From an uncultured Clostridia bacterium (GTDB lineage Bacteria > Bacillota > Clostridia > TANB77 > CAG-465), in assembly GCA_947631415.1 (NCBI GenBank), contig CANRLG010000005.1:1-60870 (forward strand): a DNA stretch of 60,870 nt. Direction: 5' to 3'. The notes beneath the pieces were generated by a model. It worked only from the letters and a program-made list of their open reading frames with translations, was not told where the DNA came from and did not search any database. A program made the translations under genes and the position numbers. Positions 38,401-47,305 of the stretch are shown here, in pieces; positions within the stretch are counted from its first letter, which is position 1; each line of letters begins with the position of its first letter.

Positions 38401-41400
38401 GATGATGATGGATATTGGTGTGGATATTCTGATGAACTTGCAGCAGGAAGTTATAAAGTAGTCGAGCTTGCAAAACAAAATGGAAATATAGCTTATGCTG
38501 AAGGTTATTATGTTGATGGAGAAGAACATTACTTCTATTCAAATCCTGAAGAACAAGATGTTGAACTTGTTCAAGTAACTGATGAATCATCTGAAAAACC
38601 TATAAAAGGTGATATAGAAATATATAAAGAATTACAAAAAAGTAATACTCAAGAATTAGAAATCCTTGAAGGAGCAGAATTTACAGCAACTCTTAAAAAT
38701 AATGATAATACAACTTTAGATAATCCACATTCTGCTGTAACTGATTCAAGAGGATACTGTAAAATAGAAGACTTACCTTATGGAGAATATATAGTAAGAG
38801 AGACTGTAGTTCCAGAAGGTGCAACTCCATGTACACCATTTACAGTTTGGATAAAAGAAGATAAAGTATATACTCCTTCTGAATCACCTGAGGGTATAAT
38901 TGGAGATTTATTATTAAACCCTGCAACTGGAGCTATCATAGATACAGATAAAGAGATGGACATAAAAATTAGAAAAGTAGACTCTGAATGGGATGAATCA
39001 AAAACTCCTGATACAGTACAAGGAGATGCAAAACTTAATGGTGCTGTATACTCAATATACGAATGGAGTAACGTAACTACAGATTACACTATATTTGTAG
39101 ATGATATGGTTGTAGATAAGCAAGATGATAAAGGTTATTGGTATGCAGAGTATGATAACTTAAGACTTGGTAAATACATGGTAGTTGAAAAATGTAAAGT
39201 TAAGTATGGAGAAATGTTAAGTGATGATGGTCATTTAATAGAATATGGTGAATCTTATGCAGAAGGTTATACAACAGATACTAATAGATATTATTTTGAA
39301 GTAAAAGACACACCACAAACACCAAAACATACTTATGCAAGTGAAGATAATGGTTTAGTACAAGTATCTAGAGAAAAGGTAGCTGTAAATAAAATTGTTA
39401 TACATAAACAATTACAAGAAACATCTAATACTCCTAGAGCAGATTTATCAGGAGTTGTTTATAAAGCTGTATTATTATCTAGTTTAGATGATGATGGAGA
39501 AGAAATTACTTCTACAAAAATCTACTATAGTAATCCAACAGATGAATATGGATATTGTGAGATAAGAGACCTTCCTTATGGATTATATGAAGTATCTGAA
39601 AGCGTAGTAAATCCAAAATCTTTACAAGGTTCTAACTTCCAAGTTAAAATTGAAGAAGATTATCAAGCAAGACCTAATGGATATAACCCAGTTACTGATG
39701 GTACATTCTTAGGAACAAATCAAATATTAGATACAGATAATGGAACATTAGTTGATAAATCTAAAAAGATGATAATTAAACTAAAGAAAGTAGATACAGA
39801 AAAATCTGGAGAAGCAAATGATGCAACAAGTGGTGGAGCAAATCTTAAAGGTGCGATATACGAAGTATACAAATTTAATGAATTTACACAAAGTTATGAT
39901 ATACAATGTGCAGACATTGAAGTAAAAGAAAAAGATGAAAATGGTTTTTGGTATGCACAAACAGAAGATTTATCACTTGGAAAATATAAAATAGTTGAAA
40001 AAGCAAAAGATGGTGATTATTCTTATGCAGAAGGTTATTTAGTAGACCACAAAGAATATTTCTTTGAACAAGATGAAGAAGAACAAGCAGATGAATATTC
40101 ATATCATGAAGCAATTTCAGATGAACAAGTTATTAAAAATGATATAAAAATAATTAAGAAAATTGGAGAAACAACAAATACTGCTTTAGAAGGACTTGAA
40201 GGAGCTCAATTTACAGCAACATTAAAATCAAGTATAGGAACAGAAAATGAAGTTAAATTCTTAAGTACAATAACAGATGATAAAGGATATTGTATTATAG
40301 AAGATGTACCTTATGGAGAATATGTAGTTGAAGAAACAACAGTACCAGATAGTACATTCAAATGTTCAAACTTTACAGTATTTGTAGAGAATGACAAAGA
40401 TGATAAAACAGAACCTTATACTCCAACAGATGGTGCTTTTGATAATACAGACCAAAGAATAGATGAAACAGGTGCAATCGTAGATACACCAAAAATAATG
40501 GATATCAAATTAAGAAAAGTAGATTTTGATAGAACAGTTGAAGCACCAGATTGGACACAAGGTAATGCAGATTTACAAGGTGCGATATATAAGATATATG
40601 CACAAAATAAAGAAAATGGACAATATGATGTCTATGTAGATGAATTAGTAATTAATCAAAAAGATGAAGAAGGATATTGGTATGGAACATTAACTGGTTT
40701 AAAAACTGGAAACTACATGGCAATAGAAAAAGCACAAGAAAATGGTTTATATTCATATGCCGAAGGATATAAAGTAGACCCAGAACCACATTATTTCATA
40801 CAAAATCCAGCAGAACAACATGAAGAAAGAGTAACAATAACACAAGTTTCTAATGAAAAAGTAATTAGAAATAATATTGAAATATTAAAAGAAATAGGAG
40901 AAACAACAAATACTGAGATTACTACTCTTGCAGGATGTCAGTTCACAGCAACATTAGTTAAAGACCCAACAAAACAATATGTAAGTACTTTAACTGATGA
41001 AACAGGACATTGCATAATTGAAGATTTACCTTATGGTGAATATGTAGTAGAAGAAACAGTAGTTGCTCCAACATCATTAAAATGCTCTAACTTCACAGTA
41101 TTTATAAGAGAAGATGAAGAAGTTCATGAAGCATATCATCCAACAGATGGCTCATTTGATAATGCACAACAAAGAGTAGATGATAACGGTGCAATTATTG
41201 ATACACCAAAAGTAATGGATTTAAAAATTAGAAAAACAGATGCAGATAGAACAAATGAAGAAGTGGATTGGACACAAGGGGATGCTCAATTAGAAGGAGC
41301 AAGATACGATATTTATAGATATAATCCAGAAACAAAAGAATATGACGAATTTATAAATACAGTAACAATAGATCATCAAGATGATGAAGGATATTGGTGT

Positions 41401-44343
41401 GCAGAATATAAAGGCGTATTTATAGGAAAATACATGATGGTAGAACAAACTGCATATACAGATGATAACGGTGTTAAATATTCACATGCTAAAGGATATA
41501 AAGTAGATGAACAAAAATATTACTTTGAATCAATACCAGAAGAACAAACAGAAAGAGTAAGACTTGTAACTCAAGAATCAAAAGAAGATGTTCTAAGAGG
41601 AAAAGTAGAAGTAATTAAAATGGTAGATGAGCAATATAGTACTGAAGAAAATCCAGCAAAAGGAGCAATCTTAAGACTATCATTACAATCAAATCCAGAT
41701 ATTTACTATGATGTAACAATAGATAAAGATGGATATGGAGTATTCTTAGATAAGAATGATGAATTACATTCAACATCAGTTAAAACAAATTATGGTGAAA
41801 AATATGGAGAATTCTCAATACCTTATGGTAATTATATGATTACAGAGGTAAGAGAAAGTGATACAGGATTACACTTAAGTTATTACATTTACCCAGAAAG
41901 AAATGTTACAATTTACAATCAAGATGAAGTTGAAAAGAGAATTGAATGGGATGATGGAATAGCTGTAAAATTAAAAATGCATAAATATGATGAAGAAACA
42001 GGAAGAACAATAGTACTTGCAGGAACAAAATTCAAAATATGGGATAAAAAGTATAATAGATTTGTAACTCAAAGAATACCAAGTACAGGAGAGTACAAAG
42101 ATGAATTTGTAACAAATAACGAAGGTTACCTACAATTACCAGATAACATAGAAGCTGGTTACTATGTAATATATGAATTGGATGCACCAGAAGGATATTA
42201 CGTTGAAGACAAGTTTAGATTACCAGAAAATGAAAGTGATTATGGTAATACAGATGTATCAGGAAAAGAAATCGTAATAACAACAAGAACAACTGGACTT
42301 CCAGATGACCCACAATATAATGAGTCAATAGAAGTATTATATGATGCAGAAGTTGGAGATAGACCTCTAATGGGACAAATTAAAATATACAAAAATGGTG
42401 AGGTATTTACTGGAGTAGAAAGTACAACAGAAGATGTTGAAGGAGATTTATACGAAGTAAAAAGACCAAAATTTGAAAATAGAGGACTAGCAGATGTAGA
42501 ATTCACAATTTATGCAGCAGAAGATATTTATACAAAAGATGGTTCACAACGTTATACAGAAGGACAAGAAGTAGATAGAATAACAACAGATGAAGATGGT
42601 GTTGCAACAACAAAAGAGCTATACTTAGGAGAATATAGAATTGAAGAAACTAAGACACCTCTTGGATATGTAACAGAAACAGATATTAGAAATGTAACTT
42701 TAACAAATGAAGATAATTTCCAAAGAGTAAAATTACAAGAAAAATATATAGATAATGATAGACAAGATAATGAACTAGTATTTAATAAATACTTCTCAGA
42801 TATGGAATTTGTAGCAGGAGAGCCACAAGAGAAACATGCAGTATTTGGAGTATTTGCAGGAGAAGACATAAAAGGCTACAGAGGAGCAACATTAATAAGA
42901 AAAGATGAATTAGTAGATATAATTGAAGCTAGTGAAGGAGAAGTAAGAGCAACACTAGAGTTACCAGATGGAAACTATTATTATAGAGAAATTTATTCAT
43001 CATATCCATATAGCTTAAATGGAGAAGATTTCCCATTTGTAATAACTCATAAAGATACAACATCACAAGCATATACAATATATGGTAAAGATGTTTCAAA
43101 TGATTATACTTATGGAGAATTATATCTAGCTAAATTCTCAACATCAGATTTCTTAACAGAAAATGATACAACATTATATAATGAAGATTCTGCACAAGAA
43201 GCTGCTGAACAAGCTATTGCAGAATATGTAGATGAATTAAATAGAATAATATCTGATGGTGGAAGTGTTGAAGAAGTTGAAGCAAAACTAGAAAGCGACA
43301 GAATAGCAATACTTGAAGGCGCTGAATATGCAATTTACTTAGATGAAGAATGTACAAAACCATTAAGAAAATATAATGAAAATGGACAATTAGAAGATGT
43401 AAAAATAGTAACAGATGGAGCTGGATTATATAAAATGGATAGAATACCACTTGGATTATACTATCTAAAAGAAACAAAAGCACCAACTTATACAGATAAG
43501 AAAGGTGGAGTATATCAATACGAAATTTCAAAAGATGTAGTAGCAGTTGATGTAAACCCAGTAAGACCATCAAATATAGTAATAAGAGCATTATATGATG
43601 TAGCAGTAAAATTTGAAGTTGAAAAACTAGATATCTTTACAGGTAAGAGAGTTCCAGAATGTTTATTTACTATAACAGATGAAGCAGGAACAGAGCTTGT
43701 AAAATTCATAACAGATGAAGATGGTAGATCATATATTCCAACAGACATATTTGAGAATAATGAATATTACTATTTCACAGAATTAGAAGCAAAAAATCCA
43801 TTCTATTATGATGAAAATGGAAAATTATATGAATTGGATACACAACCACATAAATTCCAAGCACATGTTGATAGTGAAGGTAAATGGCAATTAAATTATG
43901 TAGATGAAGATGGTAATATAGTACCTTACGAAAAACCAGTAGTATTTAACTACAGACCTACATCAACAGTAACATTAGAAAAATTAGATATGATGGATTC
44001 AACACCAGTTCCAAATTGTAAATTTGAATTAAGAAGTAAAGAAACAGACTTCGTAGTAGAAGGTGTTACAGATGAAAATGGAAGATATGTATTTGAAAAT
44101 ATACCTTATGGAGAATACACATATACAGAATTAGAAGCTCCAGAAGAATATATGATAGATACAGAACCACATGATATAACAATTAATTCAGAAGAAACAA
44201 AAATTGTAGTAAAAGACTTAAGAAATCCATTTATAGATGTAGATACATCAGATATTGCAGTTGGAACTATTGCAGTAGTAATGTTAATAAGTATGTTTGG
44301 TATAGTTTTTGTAATAAGAAAGAAAGCTATTTCAAATAAATAG
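35443..44343 (+). CDS. giant (2966 aa) cell-surface adhesin: signal peptide, candidate thioester-type N-terminal domain, many Cna-B/SpaA-type domains, C-terminal TM plus basic tail
   Basis: signal peptide MKKAKLFTVIALMFMCIAMFGTAEVQA; recurrent LPYGEY(I/V)V(K/R/E)ET and GxYxxxE motifs typical of Cna-B/SpaA folds; strong RBS GGGGGAG. Confidence 0.9.
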   Translation: MKKAKLFTVIALMFMCIAMFGTAEVQARTFSYGKGSSTNLYESTGAGGDTDHSYYNYFLDGEKVWCVEAGVKIKNSANYTESQVWGGTAAISYVMFMYYDGKISDQLSQAAVWQMMQSINGSHLTSGNIGRVYEVITEAENYVANQNAQSGSIQPSSGNLYFDAGSNTYRMDFTASSMPSTSAGRIQDNGGGSYTLIVDANTVNSDMDISLSSSGSGWIYKDMTVWICGSWQKLATPNREAAGNAGATYHLEALGSLKVRKTDEFGEGVASATFSVTGPSGTNTLTTGDDGWAYWDNIIVGDYTVTETSVPSGLSKKPNPQTKHVGSGQVGVAEFLYVNGYQRGSAQLVKYDDAARTFNIRKTLGDAVLKDAVYNLYAATDIYEGKRLRYSAGEIVRSNLHTDVNGITPEVKDLPIGSYYYEEVTPSVGFDINRERVYLSIGANSDPEATEAGKVGVEHPEKPQWYKIVINKRLQETDYDDEANLALKDNYHDFKGAQFKLTLKSDPTQVYYTHGTTVKDPSGTTPEEKYEPLSGVDGICEAENIPYGVYTVEEVQWPTIVYQPVPNFDVDFRDDSPDVTDKGNRVAEFINNRRMVNDSKKVTVQVNKKLVLEKFEAPDGSITEEDSDAKLKGAVFGLFRDTQADNGGECASCPICRANIEKMSHYTDYLPPEDKDPINYTLDDLKRYIGYQECPNCDNFVDFIGPTNTEGFAELQGYVWAGTYYLKEIAFPEGVDPDATVIDPESTTFYDEKDNKNPNKNFWFVDKGEAVEESGVKYRDKIYTLVMPPEDQEDEHRTYSYDLLNRPKRNRIEIKKMLEGASNTERHEFENCIFTAYLKSSIGTDHEFSREVEDPTDTAGWATILDLPYGEYIVKETYHPPISLQCSDFTIFIEEDIKEHPQPYVPTDGVFSQMEQVIDTPTGAIVDPIKKMKIKIRKVDAERREDYNKDYTSGDASLEGARYGVYGLDEDNNFTKYVGEIVIDQKDDDGYWCGYSDELAAGSYKVVELAKQNGNIAYAEGYYVDGEEHYFYSNPEEQDVELVQVTDESSEKPIKGDIEIYKELQKSNTQELEILEGAEFTATLKNNDNTTLDNPHSAVTDSRGYCKIEDLPYGEYIVRETVVPEGATPCTPFTVWIKEDKVYTPSESPEGIIGDLLLNPATGAIIDTDKEMDIKIRKVDSEWDESKTPDTVQGDAKLNGAVYSIYEWSNVTTDYTIFVDDMVVDKQDDKGYWYAEYDNLRLGKYMVVEKCKVKYGEMLSDDGHLIEYGESYAEGYTTDTNRYYFEVKDTPQTPKHTYASEDNGLVQVSREKVAVNKIVIHKQLQETSNTPRADLSGVVYKAVLLSSLDDDGEEITSTKIYYSNPTDEYGYCEIRDLPYGLYEVSESVVNPKSLQGSNFQVKIEEDYQARPNGYNPVTDGTFLGTNQILDTDNGTLVDKSKKMIIKLKKVDTEKSGEANDATSGGANLKGAIYEVYKFNEFTQSYDIQCADIEVKEKDENGFWYAQTEDLSLGKYKIVEKAKDGDYSYAEGYLVDHKEYFFEQDEEEQADEYSYHEAISDEQVIKNDIKIIKKIGETTNTALEGLEGAQFTATLKSSIGTENEVKFLSTITDDKGYCIIEDVPYGEYVVEETTVPDSTFKCSNFTVFVENDKDDKTEPYTPTDGAFDNTDQRIDETGAIVDTPKIMDIKLRKVDFDRTVEAPDWTQGNADLQGAIYKIYAQNKENGQYDVYVDELVINQKDEEGYWYGTLTGLKTGNYMAIEKAQENGLYSYAEGYKVDPEPHYFIQNPAEQHEERVTITQVSNEKVIRNNIEILKEIGETTNTEITTLAGCQFTATLVKDPTKQYVSTLTDETGHCIIEDLPYGEYVVEETVVAPTSLKCSNFTVFIREDEEVHEAYHPTDGSFDNAQQRVDDNGAIIDTPKVMDLKIRKTDADRTNEEVDWTQGDAQLEGARYDIYRYNPETKEYDEFINTVTIDHQDDEGYWCAEYKGVFIGKYMMVEQTAYTDDNGVKYSHAKGYKVDEQKYYFESIPEEQTERVRLVTQESKEDVLRGKVEVIKMVDEQYSTEENPAKGAILRLSLQSNPDIYYDVTIDKDGYGVFLDKNDELHSTSVKTNYGEKYGEFSIPYGNYMITEVRESDTGLHLSYYIYPERNVTIYNQDEVEKRIEWDDGIAVKLKMHKYDEETGRTIVLAGTKFKIWDKKYNRFVTQRIPSTGEYKDEFVTNNEGYLQLPDNIEAGYYVIYELDAPEGYYVEDKFRLPENESDYGNTDVSGKEIVITTRTTGLPDDPQYNESIEVLYDAEVGDRPLMGQIKIYKNGEVFTGVESTTEDVEGDLYEVKRPKFENRGLADVEFTIYAAEDIYTKDGSQRYTEGQEVDRITTDEDGVATTKELYLGEYRIEETKTPLGYVTETDIRNVTLTNEDNFQRVKLQEKYIDNDRQDNELVFNKYFSDMEFVAGEPQEKHAVFGVFAGEDIKGYRGATLIRKDELVDIIEASEGEVRATLELPDGNYYYREIYSSYPYSLNGEDFPFVITHKDTTSQAYTIYGKDVSNDYTYGELYLAKFSTSDFLTENDTTLYNEDSAQEAAEQAIAEYVDELNRIISDGGSVEEVEAKLESDRIAILEGAEYAIYLDEECTKPLRKYNENGQLEDVKIVTDGAGLYKMDRIPLGLYYLKETKAPTYTDKKGGVYQYEISKDVVAVDVNPVRPSNIVIRALYDVAVKFEVEKLDIFTGKRVPECLFTITDEAGTELVKFITDEDGRSYIPTDIFENNEYYYFTELEAKNPFYYDENGKLYELDTQPHKFQAHVDSEGKWQLNYVDEDGNIVPYEKPVVFNYRPTSTVTLEKLDMMDSTPVPNCKFELRSKETDFVVEGVTDENGRYVFENIPYGEYTYTELEAPEEYMIDTEPHDITINSEETKIVVKDLRNPFIDVDTSDIAVGTIAVVMLISMFGIVFVIRKKAISNK
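37867..41604 (+). repeat. five tandem two-domain coding repeats (periods 738, 780, 750, 732 and 729 nt) inside the giant adhesin gene
   Basis: aligned anchors IEIKK (37876), IEIYK (38614), IVIHK (39394), IKIIK (40144), IEILK (40876), VEVIK (41605); each unit repeats ...LPYGEYxVxET...PTDG...IDT...MxIKxRKVD...GDAxLxGAxY...GYWxxxxxxLxxGxYxxxE. Confidence 0.85.
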
Positions 44344-44437
44344 AAAATATTCCTTAATTTGAGGATACTACATTAATTTGTAGTATCTTCAAATGGGGAT
44401 ATTATGATATATTAAAACTATAGAAAGAGGTATATAT

Positions 44438-47194
44438 ATGAGAAGAAAAATTTTATATTTTGTAACTTTTATATTACTAGTTGCATTTTATACTGCACTT
44501 CCAACAAGTGTGAAAGCTGTTGCTCAATTTGAACATGATGAATTGGATTTATCTTCAGTTTCAAGTGCTGTCAGAGCATCAACAGCTAGAATTACAACAA
44601 GATATATAGATGTTGTATCTAGAGTAGAAATTGCAAGTAGTACTAGTAAAGTTTACAGCGTAGGTGATACATATACTACAAGTCCAATAAGCATTAATGG
44701 ATATAAACTAGAAGTTACTCCATCAAATGCTACAGGAAAAGTAATTCAATCACCTTTAACAGTAACTTATGAATATAGAAAACAATTAACTGTTACAACT
44801 AAATATGTAGATAAAGTAACAGGAATACAAATTACTTCTACATCTGAGACTTATCCACAAGGTGCTTTCTATAAAACAGAAAAGAAAGATATACCAGGAT
44901 ATCAGTATGTTGAAGATTCAAAAAATACAGAAGGAACAGTAGGAAATACAAATATTGAAGTTACATATTCATATAAAAGAAATAATTGTGAAGTTGTAAC
45001 AAAATATGTGGATGTCGTAACAGGCAGAGAGATAACTCAAAGTAGTTCACAAACAGGCTTAGAAGGAGAAGCATATTCTACAAATGTTGCCGAAGTGGAT
45101 AGGTATACACTTGAAGTAATTCCTTCAAACAATACAGGTGTATTTTCACAAGGACAAACTGTAGTTACATACAAATATAGAAAAAAATCTTACGTAACTA
45201 CTGTATATAAAGATATAGTTAATAATCAAGAAATATACGCAAGAAATGTACAAGACTTAAAACAAGGAGATAGTTATCAAACAGAAACAAGATTTGTTGC
45301 TGGATATACGCAAGTAAGTGTAACAGGAGAAACAGCAGGTATAGTTGGAGCTGAAGATATAACTATTACATATAATTACAAGAAAAACAGTGCAGAAGTT
45401 AAAACAAAATATATTGATACTGTAACAAGGAGAGAAATAGCACAAGGTAATACTCAAACTGGTTTGGAAGGTGAGCCTTATCAAACTTTTCCTGAACAAA
45501 TAGATAAATATGTTTTGGAAATAACACCACAAAATGCAAATGGAAATTTCTCAACTTCTGAGATTGAAGTTGTATATGAATATAGAAAACAATTAGATGT
45601 TACAACTAGATATGTTGATGCAGTAAGTGGACAAGATATAGAAACTCCAACTGTTGTACAAATTTTAGAAGAAGGAATATATCGTACAGATGGAACAAAA
45701 ACATTTCCTGGATATACACAAACTGGAGATAGTGGAAATTGTTCTGGAACAGTTGGTCCAAATGATATTGTAGTTGTATATTATTACAAGAAAAACAGTA
45801 ATCCTGTTTATACTAAATTTTTAGATATTTGTAGTAGAGAAAGTATATCACAAACTCTATCTCAAACAGGATTAGAAGGAGAACCTTATCAAACAGCTCC
45901 AATAACAATAGATGGATATGTATTAGAGGTAACTCCAGAAAATGCAAATGGATTTTTTGCAACAGAAGATATAAATGTTGAATATGAATACAGAAAACAA
46001 GTAAACGTTATAACTAAATTTGTAGATGAAGTAGATGAGGTAGATATAGTTAAACCTGTTGAAAAAACATATTTACAAGAAGATGAATATGTAACAGAAC
46101 CAATGGAATTTGAAAACTACACATTAACAGGAGATAGTCAAAATGTTACTGGTACTGTTGGACCAGATACTATTACAGTAACATATTATTATAAGAAAAA
46201 TAGTGCATTTGTTTATACAAATTATATAGATGTTTGTACTAAAGAGCCAATCCCTGGAGTAGAAAGTAAAGTTCAATCTGGACTTGAGAGTATGCCATAT
46301 ACAACAGAACCTATTGAAATACCAGGATATGTTTTGGAAGTAATTCCAGAAAATGCAAATGGTTCATTTACAACAGCTGAAATTAATGTTAATTACGAAT
46401 ATAGAAAACAATCAGATGTAATTACAAAACACGTTGATGCAAATAGTGGAACTGAAATTACAGATAAAGAAGTTGTAACTTATCTTGAAGGAGATACTTA
46501 TACAACTGATGCTGTAGATGTTAAAGGATATATATTAACTAAAACACCAGATGATGCAACTGGAACTGTTGGTAGAGAAGATATAACAGTAACTTATGAA
46601 TATAAGAAAATATCTGAAGGTATAATCGTTAAATACGTAGATAAAGTTACTAATAAAATATTAGATACAAAATATTATGATGGTAATGAAAAAGATGGTG
46701 TAGACCTTCTTGAAGAAAATTTTGATGGATATACATTAGCTCAAGCACCAGAACAAAAACATGTTGAAATGGGTGTTGAAGTTCAAGAGTATGTGTTCTA
46801 TTACTATAAAAACGTAACTGTTATGGTTGATGGAATAGATACAGATAGCAGAAGAGTTTTATGGGAATATACTATTGATGGTGTAGAAAATGAAGAATAT
46901 CATACAGAGCCAAGAGAAGTACCAGGATATACTTTAGTAAAAACTCCTGAAAATGCTCAAGGTGTTCATGCAAGAACAAATACAGTTGTATATTATGAAT
47001 ATTCTAAAAATATATTACTTGGAGATGTTAATTTAGATGGTTTTATAAATTCAACAGATGCAGCTTACGTTCTAGATAAATATAAAAATGAAGATGCTAA
47101 TAATCAAGATCTTTTATATGGAGATATGAATAATGATGGAATTTTAAATTCAACAGATGCTGCTATGATACTAGATATATTTAAAAATTCATAA
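44438..47194 (+). CDS. secreted protein with 12 MucBP-like repeats and a C-terminal type-I dockerin
   Basis: signal peptide MRRKILYFVTFILLVAFYTALPTSVKA; about 67-aa repeats T(K/R)Y(V/I)D..(T/S)G..I....Q.G.EG..Y.T....I.GY.L......A.G.....I.V.YEY(R/K)K; dockerin at the C-terminus. Confidence 0.88.
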   Translation: MRRKILYFVTFILLVAFYTALPTSVKAVAQFEHDELDLSSVSSAVRASTARITTRYIDVVSRVEIASSTSKVYSVGDTYTTSPISINGYKLEVTPSNATGKVIQSPLTVTYEYRKQLTVTTKYVDKVTGIQITSTSETYPQGAFYKTEKKDIPGYQYVEDSKNTEGTVGNTNIEVTYSYKRNNCEVVTKYVDVVTGREITQSSSQTGLEGEAYSTNVAEVDRYTLEVIPSNNTGVFSQGQTVVTYKYRKKSYVTTVYKDIVNNQEIYARNVQDLKQGDSYQTETRFVAGYTQVSVTGETAGIVGAEDITITYNYKKNSAEVKTKYIDTVTRREIAQGNTQTGLEGEPYQTFPEQIDKYVLEITPQNANGNFSTSEIEVVYEYRKQLDVTTRYVDAVSGQDIETPTVVQILEEGIYRTDGTKTFPGYTQTGDSGNCSGTVGPNDIVVVYYYKKNSNPVYTKFLDICSRESISQTLSQTGLEGEPYQTAPITIDGYVLEVTPENANGFFATEDINVEYEYRKQVNVITKFVDEVDEVDIVKPVEKTYLQEDEYVTEPMEFENYTLTGDSQNVTGTVGPDTITVTYYYKKNSAFVYTNYIDVCTKEPIPGVESKVQSGLESMPYTTEPIEIPGYVLEVIPENANGSFTTAEINVNYEYRKQSDVITKHVDANSGTEITDKEVVTYLEGDTYTTDAVDVKGYILTKTPDDATGTVGREDITVTYEYKKISEGIIVKYVDKVTNKILDTKYYDGNEKDGVDLLEENFDGYTLAQAPEQKHVEMGVEVQEYVFYYYKNVTVMVDGIDTDSRRVLWEYTIDGVENEEYHTEPREVPGYTLVKTPENAQGVHARTNTVVYYEYSKNILLGDVNLDGFINSTDAAYVLDKYKNEDANNQDLLYGDMNNDGILNSTDAAMILDIFKNS
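44588..47011 (+). repeat. 12 tandem MucBP-like coding repeats (about 201 nt each) alternating between two subtypes
   Basis: 808 aa divide into 12 units; odd units end ...YEYRKQ and even units end ...Y(S/N/Y)YK(R/K)N, giving five clear double repeats of about 134 aa. Confidence 0.8.
47021..47191 (+). other. type-I dockerin module (two calcium-binding EF-hand-like segments)
   Basis: GDVNLDGFINSTDAAYVLDKY ... GDMNNDGILNSTDAAMILDIF, i.e. two copies of D-x-N-x-DG-x-(I/L)-N-S-T-D-A-x-x-(V/I)-L. Confidence 0.85.
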
Positions 47195-47202
47195 AACTTT
47201 TT

Positions 47203-47238
47203 GAAGTGGGTATTATATAATGCCTGCTTCTTTTTTTT
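47203..47238 (+). terminator. probable intrinsic terminator
   Basis: G-U-rich 10-bp stem GAAGTGGGTA/TGCCTGCTTC, followed by T8. Confidence 0.5.
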
Positions 47239-47305
47239 CCCTAAATAAAATGCTTTAAAAATATATATTTTTAATATATAATATATATGTAAATTGAGGT
47301 GTATT

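Noticed and set aside
38344-43748. Eight minus-strand ORFs of 61-125 aa inside the giant adhesin gene (38344-38529, 38387-38590, 38778-38963, 39884-40114, 42240-42506, 42552-42869, 43214-43591, 43515-43748)
   Set aside because: All are antisense to a strongly supported 2966-aa ORF. They are low-complexity (Leu/Ile/His/Phe- or Ser-rich), lack an RBS and have no family signal. They are a typical by-product of AT-rich, stop-poor antisense frames.
37867-47011. Regular periodicity in 37.9-41.6 kb and 44.6-47.0 kb, considered as a CRISPR or other noncoding tandem array
   Set aside because: The periods (about 730-780 nt and about 201 nt) lie entirely inside long open reading frames, and the units are diverged protein-domain repeats. 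There are no short identical direct repeats with unique spacers.
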